64,000 nucleotides of DNA. Origin: a virus (Duplodnaviria > Heunggongvirae > Uroviricota > Caudoviricetes). The notes under the pieces are model-generated. The model did not search any database and was not told where the DNA came from. It saw only the letters and a program-made list of their open reading frames with translations. The translations under genes and the position numbers were made by a program. The stretch is taken from the IMG/VR virus record IMGVR_UViG_3300009709_000002, positions 128,001 to 192,000 of that record; one strand, 5' to 3'. Positions 52,810 through 63,300 of the stretch are shown piece after piece; the stretch's first letter is position 1, and every line of letters begins with the position of its first letter.

Positions 52810-54343
52810 TCACGAATGGTGCAAAGAAGGTACCTGGTCCGTTCTGGCCAACTTCGAAATCTTGAACTTGGCGTAGACAATCTTCTTGCAGACGTTGAGC
52901 TTCCGAGATCAAAGTATCTGCGTTCAACTGCAGACCGCCTCCAGGACCAGGAAGAGTAGCGAACTTACCGCGAATCATCGCAAGGTACATCATCGCTTCT
53001 GATTTTGCCCACTGCTGGATCCATTGGCTAGTCCAACGATCAGCGATAAGCTCTTGTTCTAACTTTTCGCACGTTGCTTCAACGATGACACGCTCTGGGC
53101 TGACGAAGTTACGGTAGATTTCCATCTCACGAGTGGCTTCATTCCAGTTGTATGCAATTTCACCAGCAAAAATCTGCGTGTAAGTTTCAGACATAGCCGT
53201 GATCAGGTGGATCGAGACCAAGTCATAACCAACGCCTGGAGCATAGAACTGGCTCATGAACGCCTGAGCGTAGATGTTATCTGGACCAAAGTTTACAAGA
53301 CCAAGCATGTTCAGACGCCAGATTCTTGTAACGTCGACGATCGTGTTCGTACCTGTCGTTGGGTCATTCAAGTAGTACGTGCTTTGACCTGGCAGCATCT
53401 GCGTAATGAACATACGCTTGTTGTAGCCATTGTCTACACGGCGGCGAATTTCAGCGAGAGCTTTGTCAATCGCGATATTGAAGTGAGCATCTGTCAGTTC
53501 GACGCAAACAACCGGGAAGCCAAGCTGCATCTTCAGTGAATTGATCAAGCTCATACGAGCACCGCTCGACAAGTCAGTACCAACGCCTTGCTTCTTGTAT
53601 GTTGGAAGACCGCCATCAGTTTCAACTGGGCGCCAGTAAGCACCAGACCAGATCTTTAGCGTCTTGGTTGTGGTGTTGTAAAAGAAATCGCCGAACTTTG
53701 GAAAGCCTGTTGGCAGACCTGTCCATGGGTAGCGTGGATCAGCTTCGGCTGCAACGGTCGTTTGTTCTGCAACAGATTTCCAGGTGGCACCATCCCATGA
53801 GAAGACCAGTCGCTGGTTTTCATCATAGTAGCACTGTCCCATGGTTGGGTTTTCAGGTGGGCCATAAAGCTTAGGAACATCCGACGCAAACGCCGAACTT
53901 GATGTCGTTTCAGGATATGAACGAACACCGATCGTGTAGTATGTGTTGACATTCGAGATAATGTGAGCTGAACAGTAGTAGACCGAGTTAGGATCTAGGT
54001 TTGTCAGGCTCAGCGTAGCAGTTGTTGTGTCATTGTAGAAAGCTCCGATCACTACCGCTTGACCGATTCTGTCGCCTGGTGTAGCTAGATTAGCAGATGC
54101 GTTGTAAACGACGCCATCAGTCGGATAGTTCGATGGATTGATTTCCATCACGCTCGCAGTAATCAAGATGCCGTTGTAGGCGAGCGGTGACATAGTTGTC
54201 ACAGGAGCAGTCACAACTGGAGGATTCCACGTGATAGTCCCGGTAGTTGGTGTCAGTCTAGTGAAATTGAGGGTAATGTCTTGACCTTCAGACCAGAGCG
54301 TATCGCCTGCATCTTGAGCAACTCTTGACATATGGATCTCCAT
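52802..54343 (-). CDS. Neck protein (gp13-like) with an N-terminal extension
   Basis: LGFPVVCVEL, WIQQWA, RGKFATLPGPGGGLQLNA, FVIG. Confidence 0.8.
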   Translation of the reverse strand: MEIHMSRVAQDAGDTLWSEGQDITLNFTRLTPTTGTITWNPPVVTAPVTTMSPLAYNGILITASVMEINPSNYPTDGVVYNASANLATPGDRIGQAVVIGAFYNDTTTATLSLTNLDPNSVYYCSAHIISNVNTYYTIGVRSYPETTSSSAFASDVPKLYGPPENPTMGQCYYDENQRLVFSWDGATWKSVAEQTTVAAEADPRYPWTGLPTGFPKFGDFFYNTTTKTLKIWSGAYWRPVETDGGLPTYKKQGVGTDLSSGARMSLINSLKMQLGFPVVCVELTDAHFNIAIDKALAEIRRRVDNGYNKRMFITQMLPGQSTYYLNDPTTGTNTIVDVTRIWRLNMLGLVNFGPDNIYAQAFMSQFYAPGVGYDLVSIHLITAMSETYTQIFAGEIAYNWNEATREMEIYRNFVSPERVIVEATCEKLEQELIADRWTSQWIQQWAKSEAMMYLAMIRGKFATLPGPGGGLQLNADTLISEAQRLQEDCLRQVQDFEVGQNGPGTFFAPFVIG

Positions 54344-54418
54344 GAAATGTATTTAGATTTGATATTTATTCACAATCGTGACATAAATACCAACTACATT
54401 TATGGGAAGTGAAGACAC

Positions 54419-55540
54419 ATGCTCTTACAAGAACTATTAAGCATCATCGCCGAAAGAGATGCACAAGCGCTCCTCGAATCATATGGCAATCTCAAGAAGA
54501 TTGATCCACAGCTGCTCAAAGCCTTCATGATGCAAGACGGCAAGGTTGACAAAAACCTTGGTGAACATTCTGAAGTTGAAGTAAATCCAAAGATCACAGA
54601 CTATCAGTCATTTGAAGATGCGTTTGTCGAAAGAGACGATACTGGCGTGATCGGCTTCATATTTGTAGTTGATGGCAAGCAAGCGATGTCAGTTGCACAT
54701 ATTGTCGATCTTGAAAATTCGCCAAATCACAGAGATGAAAAGAAGATTCATGTTGGCGTGACTAAAGCATTTGCAGATCTTTTTGATGAAGACTATATTC
54801 AAAAACATTACATGACCAATATCATCAATGCAGCTAATAGAGGATTTCCGGTCATTAATAGTCAATTTAGCCACGTGAGCAACATGGTTAGAAATTTCTT
54901 TGATGTTGTAGCTGATAAGAAGCTTAAGCTTGAAACTATTGAGGTAAAGACAGATTTTAAGCGTCTTGATAAACAAGCTAAACGTACACAGCTCAAGCGT
55001 GGTCACATTCCGCTGCCTGGTTATGATAACAAGCTGTCAAAATCAGATGGTGCAGCATATAAGAGCTACCTCGAAAAACTGAAGACAAAGCTAGAAGCAA
55101 AATTAGATCAATTAAAGCGTGACAAACTTAAGAACGCTACTACACCTGAAGAAATGGTGAAGATCGTAAAAGAAGATGGTTTCGGTGACAAAATCAAGTT
55201 CATGGGTTTCACTTATAAGCGAATTGCCTTTAGAGTAGATTATGATCACCTTCACAAAATCGCCCAGGGTAAAGGTGACGTTTGGTCAGAAAATAATTAC
55301 GTTCAGTACACCGTTGAATGGGAAGATAAGGCATATCAAAAGGTCCAAGAAGAGCTATGGGATCTTATGCCAACAAATCCTAGTAAAGTTGGTGAATCTG
55401 AAAAAGAAGAAGCACAAGAGCTATGGGATGCTTGGGAAAGACTGCAAAAACGCAAGATTCCACCAAATAGCTTGAAAATCATTATCGGATTGAAGGGCGG
55501 TATCGCCTCACCAGTTGACATCAAATTGGAGAAAAACTAA
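54419..55540 (+). CDS. Hypothetical late protein, paralog of the downstream gene
   Basis: Late promoter at 54383; shares sequence blocks with 55540..56874. Confidence 0.75.
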   Translation: MLLQELLSIIAERDAQALLESYGNLKKIDPQLLKAFMMQDGKVDKNLGEHSEVEVNPKITDYQSFEDAFVERDDTGVIGFIFVVDGKQAMSVAHIVDLENSPNHRDEKKIHVGVTKAFADLFDEDYIQKHYMTNIINAANRGFPVINSQFSHVSNMVRNFFDVVADKKLKLETIEVKTDFKRLDKQAKRTQLKRGHIPLPGYDNKLSKSDGAAYKSYLEKLKTKLEAKLDQLKRDKLKNATTPEEMVKIVKEDGFGDKIKFMGFTYKRIAFRVDYDHLHKIAQGKGDVWSENNYVQYTVEWEDKAYQKVQEELWDLMPTNPSKVGESEKEEAQELWDAWERLQKRKIPPNSLKIIIGLKGGIASPVDIKLEKN

Positions 55541-56874
55541 TGGTGTTGTTAGAACTTTTGAAACTACAAGAACGCAGAATTGAAGCTCATCAAGAATTCC
55601 TAGAGTTCTTGTATGAGCACCTTGGAAACTTGAACGTCATCGACAAGAGTCTCATTAAGATTCTCCGCAAACAGATGGCTGACACGTACTATGTTTCTCC
55701 TGGATCAAAACCAAATCAAGAACAATTCAAGATCGGTAAATATCTTGGAACAAATTCAACCGTTGATGAAGAACCAGCTCGAAATCCATCGCAAGTGATG
55801 AAAGCGATCATGGATGCTGAAAGCAAAGTGATCGCTGTTGTCATCAAGTATGGTGATAAGCAAGTCTGCGCCTTTGCTAGCCGGCATAAGACATTTGGCA
55901 AGCGCGGGCATAAAGATACTGATGATGATTTGCATATTATCGTGTCACCAGATTTCTTTAATATTGTTGGTTCTGGAGCCGACTATACTAAGTCAATCAC
56001 TAAACAAAAAATGGTGGCAGATCATCGCAATGGCAGCATTAAGAAACCAGTTAATGTAGTTGATGGTCACACTGTAAAGCATCTTCTTCAGGGCCATGGA
56101 GCCCAAACAAAATCATTCGATGATGTCGCTCTTAATAGTGCAAATGTAAAGAAAGTTCTAGCTTTCATTTTTGACAACGCTAAAGCTAATAACATGCAAG
56201 TGTCAATGCTGAATATTAGCAAAGATGAACAACGTCCAAAAACACAAGTAGATCGATCAAATGCGCGCCATGGCCGTATTCCATTCATGGTTCAAAAATC
56301 TTTGAAGAGCTATTCGCAAGAAGAGAAGCAAGAATATGAACGCTACACGCAAAGACTTATTAGCAAGTTTGCAGATCGTTTATCAAATTGGCGCTCAGAG
56401 AAAGCCGATAAGCAATCTCAAAAGTTCTCAAATCACGATGAACTGATTAAGCACATTTCAGCAGAAGGATTTCCAGAGAAAGTAAACTTTATGGGATATG
56501 TGTACCATAAAGAGCGTGTATCAATTGAATGGAATGATCTTGAAGCTAAGGCAAATAAAACGCTTACTGGTTACAAGGCAGCTAATCCAAGATCAGTGTA
56601 TGACAACGTGCTATACAAAATTGATCGAAAAGCACCTTCATTTATAGCTCTTAGAAATCAAATGAGAGAACTTGCTGGTGGTATTCCTGAGCAAGATGAC
56701 TCTGATCCACACGTAGCAGAAGCTCGTGATCAGTTTATTGCTGCTTACATGAGAAAGTACAAAAAGCTGGTTCCACCTGGTGACTTCATGGTTCACATGT
56801 CATTAATCGGTGGTGTAATCAAACCAACAGATATCTCAATTTCTGAAGACAATGATTACGTAGAAACGTACTAA
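55540..56874 (+). CDS. Hypothetical late protein, paralog of the upstream gene
   Basis: TAATG overlap; GNL-x-x-ID, FMG-x-x-Y and GG-x-x-x-P-x-DI shared. Confidence 0.75.
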   Translation: MVLLELLKLQERRIEAHQEFLEFLYEHLGNLNVIDKSLIKILRKQMADTYYVSPGSKPNQEQFKIGKYLGTNSTVDEEPARNPSQVMKAIMDAESKVIAVVIKYGDKQVCAFASRHKTFGKRGHKDTDDDLHIIVSPDFFNIVGSGADYTKSITKQKMVADHRNGSIKKPVNVVDGHTVKHLLQGHGAQTKSFDDVALNSANVKKVLAFIFDNAKANNMQVSMLNISKDEQRPKTQVDRSNARHGRIPFMVQKSLKSYSQEEKQEYERYTQRLISKFADRLSNWRSEKADKQSQKFSNHDELIKHISAEGFPEKVNFMGYVYHKERVSIEWNDLEAKANKTLTGYKAANPRSVYDNVLYKIDRKAPSFIALRNQMRELAGGIPEQDDSDPHVAEARDQFIAAYMRKYKKLVPPGDFMVHMSLIGGVIKPTDISISEDNDYVETY

Positions 56875-56875
56875 C

Positions 56876-56902
56876 AAAAGGAGAGCCTAGGCTCTCCTTT
56901 TT
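56876..56902. terminator. Bidirectional terminator
   Basis: AAAAGGAGAGC-CTAG-GCTCTCCTTTT between convergent genes. Confidence 0.8.
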
Positions 56903-56919
56903 CTTTACTTCAGATGAAC

Positions 56920-57978
56920 TTAACCGTCTAGTCGCTTATTGACTTGCTCAAGATACCACTGCCGAGCATGCTTCGAGATAGCTGACATCACTTCCTTCTC
57001 AGGCAATCCGCTAGCTGCGATCGTATCAGCTTCTTCCTTGTGGACGTCTTGTCCAACTGTCTTCAGGAATACTGGCGTGTTTTGAAGAGTTGCTTCAACC
57101 TTCGCAACATTTTCCATCTCGTCAAGCTTCTTTTCGAGACGGTGCTCAGTTACCAAAGCTTCTACCAGCGCACGAATGTTTTCGATCTTTTCAACGTCAA
57201 CAGGAGCTAACGTCTTCACCTTCGTTTCACTGTGTTTTTCACCCTTGACCTTGAAGACCAGGTCGCTTACACGGAACGGTACGTGAGTCGTCGGATTAGC
57301 CGTCCAGACGATGCCTTCACCTACACCGAAGACGCCAAAATGCTTACCCACTGGGCATTCATTTTCAACTTCAAGTGTCAGCTCTGACAATTTGACAGAT
57401 GCATATTCAGGCTTCGCGAAGTCAATGTGAATTTTGTATGTCTTGAACTTGTGAATGCAGAAGATCTGGTCATTCTTAGCCGTTTCACTACCATAGCCGT
57501 CAAAGACGTCACGAATCTGATGCGGAGCAAACCAGTAGCTATCTTCTTCAGTGCGCTTTACGCGAATGCCGAAGACCACAAACATCTTTGGAAGCCCGGT
57601 GATAGCCACGCCTTTCTGGATACTTTGACCGCACCACTCACCGTAGATTGCCAAGTGATCACCAGGCTGGAAGTTTTCCAGACCATAGACGATACGCGCT
57701 GAGTTGACAAGGCCTCGAATTGCAGCTGCTTTAGCCTGAACAAAAGCAGCAAAACCAGCGTTATCAGATTCAGGAGTGATCACGTTGGTACGTGATTGAG
57801 CCCACAGCTCTCCATTGTCTGTGTCTATTACTACTGCTGCGTTTGTGCCGTGCAACTTCACAGTACCAGTGAATTCAAGCTCAGGCAGTGGGATGCCATG
57901 ATATGTACAGCGATCCTTGACAGAGCGGATCACGTTACGGAACTGTTCGATTGACGGATAAGAAATATGTTGAGCCAT
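56920..57978 (-). CDS. Rnl2-family RNA ligase
   Basis: KLHGTN, SR, YGEWCG, FVVFGI, GEGIV, FKVK. Confidence 0.88.
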   Translation of the reverse strand: MAQHISYPSIEQFRNVIRSVKDRCTYHGIPLPELEFTGTVKLHGTNAAVVIDTDNGELWAQSRTNVITPESDNAGFAAFVQAKAAAIRGLVNSARIVYGLENFQPGDHLAIYGEWCGQSIQKGVAITGLPKMFVVFGIRVKRTEEDSYWFAPHQIRDVFDGYGSETAKNDQIFCIHKFKTYKIHIDFAKPEYASVKLSELTLEVENECPVGKHFGVFGVGEGIVWTANPTTHVPFRVSDLVFKVKGEKHSETKVKTLAPVDVEKIENIRALVEALVTEHRLEKKLDEMENVAKVEATLQNTPVFLKTVGQDVHKEEADTIAASGLPEKEVMSAISKHARQWYLEQVNKRLDG

Positions 57979-58055
57979 GTTTCCCTCCTATTTTTCTCAA
58001 TTTTGAGAAGTGATTTTAAACCAACATCAAAATTGTGGATATTTTTAAGCAAAGA

Positions 58056-58079
58056 AAAAGCCGGCTAAGCCGGCTTTTT
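58056..58079. terminator. Terminator hairpin
   Basis: AAAAGCCGG-CTAAG-CCGGCTTTT. Confidence 0.7.
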
Positions 58080-58101
58080 CAGAATGGAGCCTAGCGAACG
58101 T

Positions 58102-58704
58102 TTATGTGCTGTATCGCACGCTCTGAACGGCGATGTTCAAGAAGCCGATTCTCGACCGGACATTTGGATTTTCCAGGTCATTGAGCAGCTTGCCGTGATC
58201 TTGACCCGAGGTTGCACCCCAAAGAGCCGAGACGAGATTTTCAACTAGCGACTCACGAGGATCATACTTGATCTTCAGAACTGCCGGGTGATGAGTGTCC
58301 AGCATCTCTTGCGCGATGCGACGACCTTCCGCTTTGTCAAAGTTTTCGTGCGGCTTGCAGATCGAGTAACCTACGTGCAGAATCTTTGCATCGTGATGGA
58401 TGTTGAAAATCAGCGTGAGACCGCCGAGATTGTCATCAACCACAGTGTATTCATCTGGCACCGCTGTTTCGATAGCAATTTTCGGACGAGCGTAACGAAC
58501 TACGCCAGTCGTCACCTTGTCTTGAATTCTACCAAGACGCGGTCGTTCGGTGCCGAGAACAGCATGAACTTTGTCTTCCAGGTCAGAAACGAGCTCGATC
58601 TTGACTTCTTCATCCATGTAGTCAAGAGCATGTTCAATCGACTTATTGTCACCGAGTCGACCGAGAATTTCCTTCACGATCTTTGCTGCGTATGTATCTT
58701 TCAT
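58102..58704 (-). CDS. Hypothetical protein
   Basis: 200 aa; AAGGA SD. Confidence 0.6.
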   Translation of the reverse strand: MKDTYAAKIVKEILGRLGDNKSIEHALDYMDEEVKIELVSDLEDKVHAVLGTERPRLGRIQDKVTTGVVRYARPKIAIETAVPDEYTVVDDNLGGLTLIFNIHHDAKILHVGYSICKPHENFDKAEGRRIAQEMLDTHHPAVLKIKYDPRESLVENLVSALWGATSGQDHGKLLNDLENPNVRSRIGFLNIAVQSVRYST

Positions 58705-58736
58705 TTCCTTTTCAGCTGATGAAATTCAGCCGCCGG

Positions 58737-59150
58737 TTAGTGTTTGATTTGAAACTTCTGCTTATAACGCTCTGCCGCTCCAGGAACCGGAATGAAAGCT
58801 TCTTTCCGGAAATCCCAATTGTTTGTAGGATCTTTGCGCCGCGCGAACCAGTACTCAGGCCCAAACAAATATGCTGGAAGTGAACAGATATCTCCTACAC
58901 CAAGAGACTTCCCATCGATCTTGTCAATGACCAAGGTGTCATGACGACCAATTCCTACTGTGGGACGAATCAGATGGAAGTGTAATCCATTGATTTTTCG
59001 CTGAATCTCTAAATCCAGATCCACGTTGATAAGCCGTTTGAAGTGACCCTTGCGGCGGTAACAGTAGTACATGACGTACATCTTGTTGGTGACGAAAGGG
59101 TTGCTTGTAGAACGGACCAGTTGGTGTTCTGTTTGAGAGAGCGAATTCAC
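58737..59150 (-). CDS. Hypothetical protein
   Basis: GGAG SD, GTG start, promoter at 59236-59265. Confidence 0.55.
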   Translation of the reverse strand: MNSLSQTEHQLVRSTSNPFVTNKMYVMYYCYRRKGHFKRLINVDLDLEIQRKINGLHFHLIRPTVGIGRHDTLVIDKIDGKSLGVGDICSLPAYLFGPEYWFARRKDPTNNWDFRKEAFIPVPGAAERYKQKFQIKH

Positions 59151-59330
59151 TATCTACTCCACACATCGATTGATAAACTTTGCCGACGAATGGAGCAAGG
59201 ATTTTTCAGTTGTGTCCTTCCATCCGTTGATAGAGATTATATTCAAGGACAATTTGTGTGTATATTTTAAGTGACACTTTTCCACAAGCCTAGAGATAAA
59301 TACTTGCATTCCACCTTTCTTAGGCATACC

Positions 59331-60641
59331 ATGAGCTTCAAAAATTATCTCAATAAAGCTTTGAATGAAGCACCATTCGAGGATGAAGAAGACGATCCAC
59401 ATTCAGAAAAGAACCTTGGCGCTGGTATTTACTGGGCAAAGAACACCTTCCTGCATGGTAGAGTTCATCGCATCAAATCCATCGAGCAAGCAGACTGGGA
59501 TGAGCTAGTTTCTAAGTTTGGAGAGGATGAAACTACAACATTCTATGCTGGCATCAATTTTCCAACTGAAGAAGCTTGGCATGGATTCTTCAGAGCTTAC
59601 AAGAAGAATAAAGAATTCACGTCTAAAAATTACTTCTTAGCCTTCAAGCCAGAGCACAAAGCTGAAGCTGCTAAAGTAGCAACAAGAGCTGACCCTAATC
59701 ACAGTAGCGCCAGCGTCTTCAGAAATAATGAGCGTGATTACATGGAAGGTTATGCAGGTGTCGTTTTAGAGCTTGAAGCTAAACACGGTACTGCTCTAGA
59801 TCTCGTAAAGCTATTTGATAGTAGATTTGCCGGACCGAATCGTGCTGGCCCTACCAAACTTGAAGCTGACGTGCTTCCACCTGACTTAGCTTTCAAAATC
59901 AAGAAGATCGTCTCCAAGCATATTCCGTTTGGGCATGAGATCAACAAGCATAATGTCAAAGAGCATTTCATGGCGATCAAACAGCTTGAGGGACGAACGC
60001 ATGAGTTCAATCCCGAAAAGAGCTTTGACCAAAAGAAGTACAACTACATCATCAACATGTACAGCAATTTTGATGATGAGATGCGTCACCATCTATTTGA
60101 GCTCGTTTCCAAGCTCAAGCTTGAGCCGCCATCAGCAGAATTCGTGAGAGAAGATCAGAAGAAGTGGTTTGTTGATCATGAGCTCGTCATTAAGCTCACG
60201 CTCAATCTTCCGTATGAGTATCTTGTCTACTATGATGAATTTACGCCAGCAGATCAAAAGAAAGCCGATACGATCATCAAAAAGCAGCTTGAGAAGCTAG
60301 ACAAAGCCTACATGACAGAAATCGCAAAGCTGCCGAAGCCTCTTCATGAGCATGAATTCAAGATTGAACTACATGGCGTTCTTGAATATGCCGTGGCGAT
60401 GGAGCAGTATCACCATGAGCTGACGTTCGCAGCGCACTTCAATCATTCAATTGGTGAACGTTATCGCATGCTTAACAGTCGTGAATATCTCAAGAAAATC
60501 AACTCTATGGATAATCAAGATGAGCAACGACAAGCCATTAGAAAACATGGTGAGGAAGTTACTAGCATTCTCAATCAGATGCTTCACGTCAAAGAAAAGA
60601 CAGTGAGAGACGTACTAGGACGAGCTAGTGCCTGGGATTGA
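59331..60641 (+). CDS. Hypothetical late protein, putative internal head protein
   Basis: Start moved to MSFKNYLNKALNE-A, downstream of ATAAATA at 59296. Confidence 0.7.
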   Translation: MSFKNYLNKALNEAPFEDEEDDPHSEKNLGAGIYWAKNTFLHGRVHRIKSIEQADWDELVSKFGEDETTTFYAGINFPTEEAWHGFFRAYKKNKEFTSKNYFLAFKPEHKAEAAKVATRADPNHSSASVFRNNERDYMEGYAGVVLELEAKHGTALDLVKLFDSRFAGPNRAGPTKLEADVLPPDLAFKIKKIVSKHIPFGHEINKHNVKEHFMAIKQLEGRTHEFNPEKSFDQKKYNYIINMYSNFDDEMRHHLFELVSKLKLEPPSAEFVREDQKKWFVDHELVIKLTLNLPYEYLVYYDEFTPADQKKADTIIKKQLEKLDKAYMTEIAKLPKPLHEHEFKIELHGVLEYAVAMEQYHHELTFAAHFNHSIGERYRMLNSREYLKKINSMDNQDEQRQAIRKHGEEVTSILNQMLHVKEKTVRDVLGRASAWD

Positions 60642-60671
60642 TAGTACCTATTAGTGCATAAAATGCAATAG

Positions 60672-60698
60672 AAAAAGGCCGCTAAAAGCGGCCTTTTT
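60672..60698. terminator. Bidirectional terminator
   Basis: AAAAAGGCCGC-TAAAA-GCGGCCTTTTT. Confidence 0.8.
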
Positions 60699-60718
60699 CA
60701 TTACTTTTACAACCTAAA

Positions 60719-62482
60719 TTAGGTCGAAGAGGTCAAACTTGCACCAGTCGATACAACGTTGATAGGGATGTAGATGAATTCAATCGCCTTTTCAGGTTGC
60801 AGTGCGATATCAACCCACAGCTGGTTGTTATCGATCGTCGTTGGCGTGTTGTTCGTGCTATCGCAAACTACGATGTAGTCATACAGACCACGACGAACCA
60901 TGATGTCGTTCAGGTAGCTGTTGATCATCTGTGAGATCGAAGCTTGAGTCTGAGCGTCGTTCAATTCGAACAGGTACGCGAACGCAGCCTTACGAATATC
61001 ACGCTTGATCTTCGTCAGAAGACGCATAACGTTAACACGATCCAGAGCCGATGACAGCGAAGCCGACGTCTTCTGACCGAACACCATGATACCGCTTCCT
61101 GGGAAGTACGGAATCGGGTTGATGCTGTTTGGCGTCTGATACAGAATGTCGCGTTGGCCTTGGTTCAGCGGAGTCGACACGAAAGTCGTTGCAGTACCGA
61201 GCGTACCAGTTACGTAACCGATGTCTGTTACACCTGACACCAGACCACGACGTGGACCAGCTGGTGGGAACCAAACTTCAGAAACGTTGTCGCTGTATGC
61301 GTACACAGACAGAGCGATACCTGACGCAGCTACGAATACGCTAACACCGTCAAGACCAGTTGCCATGCCGTATGGGTAGTAGTAAGCTACCGAGTCGTTG
61401 TTCTGACGAGCGATCGTGACAGCCCAAGTTGCCGTATCTTCTGGCGACAGGTAGTTTGGCGTGTCTGCGATAACAAACGCTTCATCATTGATCGAGTCAT
61501 TAAGAGCCAACAGTTCATCGACGCATTCTGGGTAGCCTGGGCAAAGAATCAGGTTGTACTCATAAAGTTCCGAACGAACGTCTTGGTTCGAGTTGATTTC
61601 AGCCGACAGAGCCGTCGTAATCGTTACACGCTTAGCAGCATCATTTGCACCGAGTGGGTTAGAAACTGTGACGGCAGTGATAACTACTTGGAAAGTATCG
61701 CCAGCTACGAAAGCAGTAGAACCAGCAGTAATAGTAAACGAAACCAGACCATTGTTGTAAGGTGTACCTACTGTTGCGTTGCCTTGTGGACCAGATGCAA
61801 AACCAGAGACCGCGAATGTTGCTACGAACGATGATGCATTACCTTGTGAAGCCCAAGTTACAGAACCGTCAACCACAGCAGTTCCAAGCGTGCTAGGAGC
61901 CGTCGCGCCTGAAGTACCTGCTACTACGCACTTGTACAGGTAGCCGTTTGCCGTTACCAGAGCGCCAACCGTGTAAGCTGTCGAAGCGGCCCAAACAGTT
62001 GGAGTTGCGTTGCAAGTTGCTGTCCAAACTTCAGCTTGAGCAGTAGCTTGATTAACCGTGAAGCCTGAAAGTGAACCGTTGCCTGTACCAGAATAAGCTG
62101 GAGTACCTGCGCTAAGTGTTGTTACATCGCCGTCGGTCAAGTCTACGTCTGCACGTACAACGTACGCTACGTTACCCTGAGCCAAGAATTGGTTAAGTGC
62201 GAAGAGGCCATATTCGTTACGTGCGTCGCCGTTTAGCTGATTACCAGCCGTGTCGGTGCGGAAGTATGGAATGCCGTACAGCTGCGTCGATGTGTTGATC
62301 GACGTCACGGTACGAACTACCGAGTGTTCTTGAGTACCAAGAGCTGCAGTCACGCCGTCCGGTTGAAACTTATTCGCACGTGTTCCTACGAAGATCAAAG
62401 GAACCGTCGGCGCCGAAGCTGGGACGTAATAAGAATTATCAACGATTGTGACCGATACGCCTGGGCTAACTAGTGTTGCCAT
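60719..62482 (-). CDS. Contractile tail sheath protein (gp18-like)
   Basis: LVSPGVSV, WFPPAGPRRG, INPI, GQKT, LDRVNVMRL, IEFIYI. Confidence 0.95.
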   Translation of the reverse strand: MATLVSPGVSVTIVDNSYYVPASAPTVPLIFVGTRANKFQPDGVTAALGTQEHSVVRTVTSINTSTQLYGIPYFRTDTAGNQLNGDARNEYGLFALNQFLAQGNVAYVVRADVDLTDGDVTTLSAGTPAYSGTGNGSLSGFTVNQATAQAEVWTATCNATPTVWAASTAYTVGALVTANGYLYKCVVAGTSGATAPSTLGTAVVDGSVTWASQGNASSFVATFAVSGFASGPQGNATVGTPYNNGLVSFTITAGSTAFVAGDTFQVVITAVTVSNPLGANDAAKRVTITTALSAEINSNQDVRSELYEYNLILCPGYPECVDELLALNDSINDEAFVIADTPNYLSPEDTATWAVTIARQNNDSVAYYYPYGMATGLDGVSVFVAASGIALSVYAYSDNVSEVWFPPAGPRRGLVSGVTDIGYVTGTLGTATTFVSTPLNQGQRDILYQTPNSINPIPYFPGSGIMVFGQKTSASLSSALDRVNVMRLLTKIKRDIRKAAFAYLFELNDAQTQASISQMINSYLNDIMVRRGLYDYIVVCDSTNNTPTTIDNNQLWVDIALQPEKAIEFIYIPINVVSTGASLTSST

Positions 62483-62646
62483 TTGTCTGTTCTCCTAAGG
62501 TGGAAATCTTTCAATGAGCCAAAGAAGGATCATTTTCATAGTTGTATTTATTGAAAAGACCATCCTGATGGAAATTCTTACCATCTTTTGTCGGAGAACA
62601 CAACAAAGGTGCTAAAAAGCACCTTTTATTTTAAGTCTAGTGTGAT

Positions 62647-63294
62647 TTACAGTACGGCGAGCATCTCAGCTAAGAGTATCTTTGCTTCTTCAGTTAGCTT
62701 TTGTTTCTTACTGAGATTGTCAACAGCGGGGATAACGCGTAGATTTTTGATATCGGCCATCACTTCTGGTGGAATCTTGTTTTTGAACCCAGTGATGATC
62801 GGAACAATATGGTCCAGATTTACACAATCATCATGAAGATCAGGTCTTGAACGCTTTATACGAGTTGGATTCAACGTATCAATATTAGCTAGATACGTTT
62901 GATTTGAAATGTCACGAACAATCTTTGCATAATCATTCCACTCATTCAAATCATAATCTCTGCCAAATTTCTCCATGAACCCCGTCAAACATGTCTTCAT
63001 ACGTTTTTGTGGCCCACATACACCGCAAATAGAACGTTTGCTGAAGATGTTGTTCATCTTTGCCGTAAAAATGTGACCACATAGGCGACGGCGAACTTCA
63101 ATTGAAGCATGAACTCCCTTCCATTCAGATTTGAATTCCTGAATGAAATCATATCCCATCTCATCAAGCCTAGACAGATACTTTGCTCGATTTTGTTCTC
63201 TAAGAGATGCTGTTCTGCAAGAAGCACATTCACCAATCTTATTTCCACTTGGTTTAGTGCAACCACAAGTTATGCATATGTATTTTGGATTCAT
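62647..63294 (-). mobile_element. Free-standing HNH endonuclease with Zn-ribbon N-terminus
   Basis: CxxC pairs; LDHIVP...NLRVIPAVDNLSK; AT-rich; inserted between sheath and capsid genes. Confidence 0.75.
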
Positions 63295-63300
63295 GAATGT

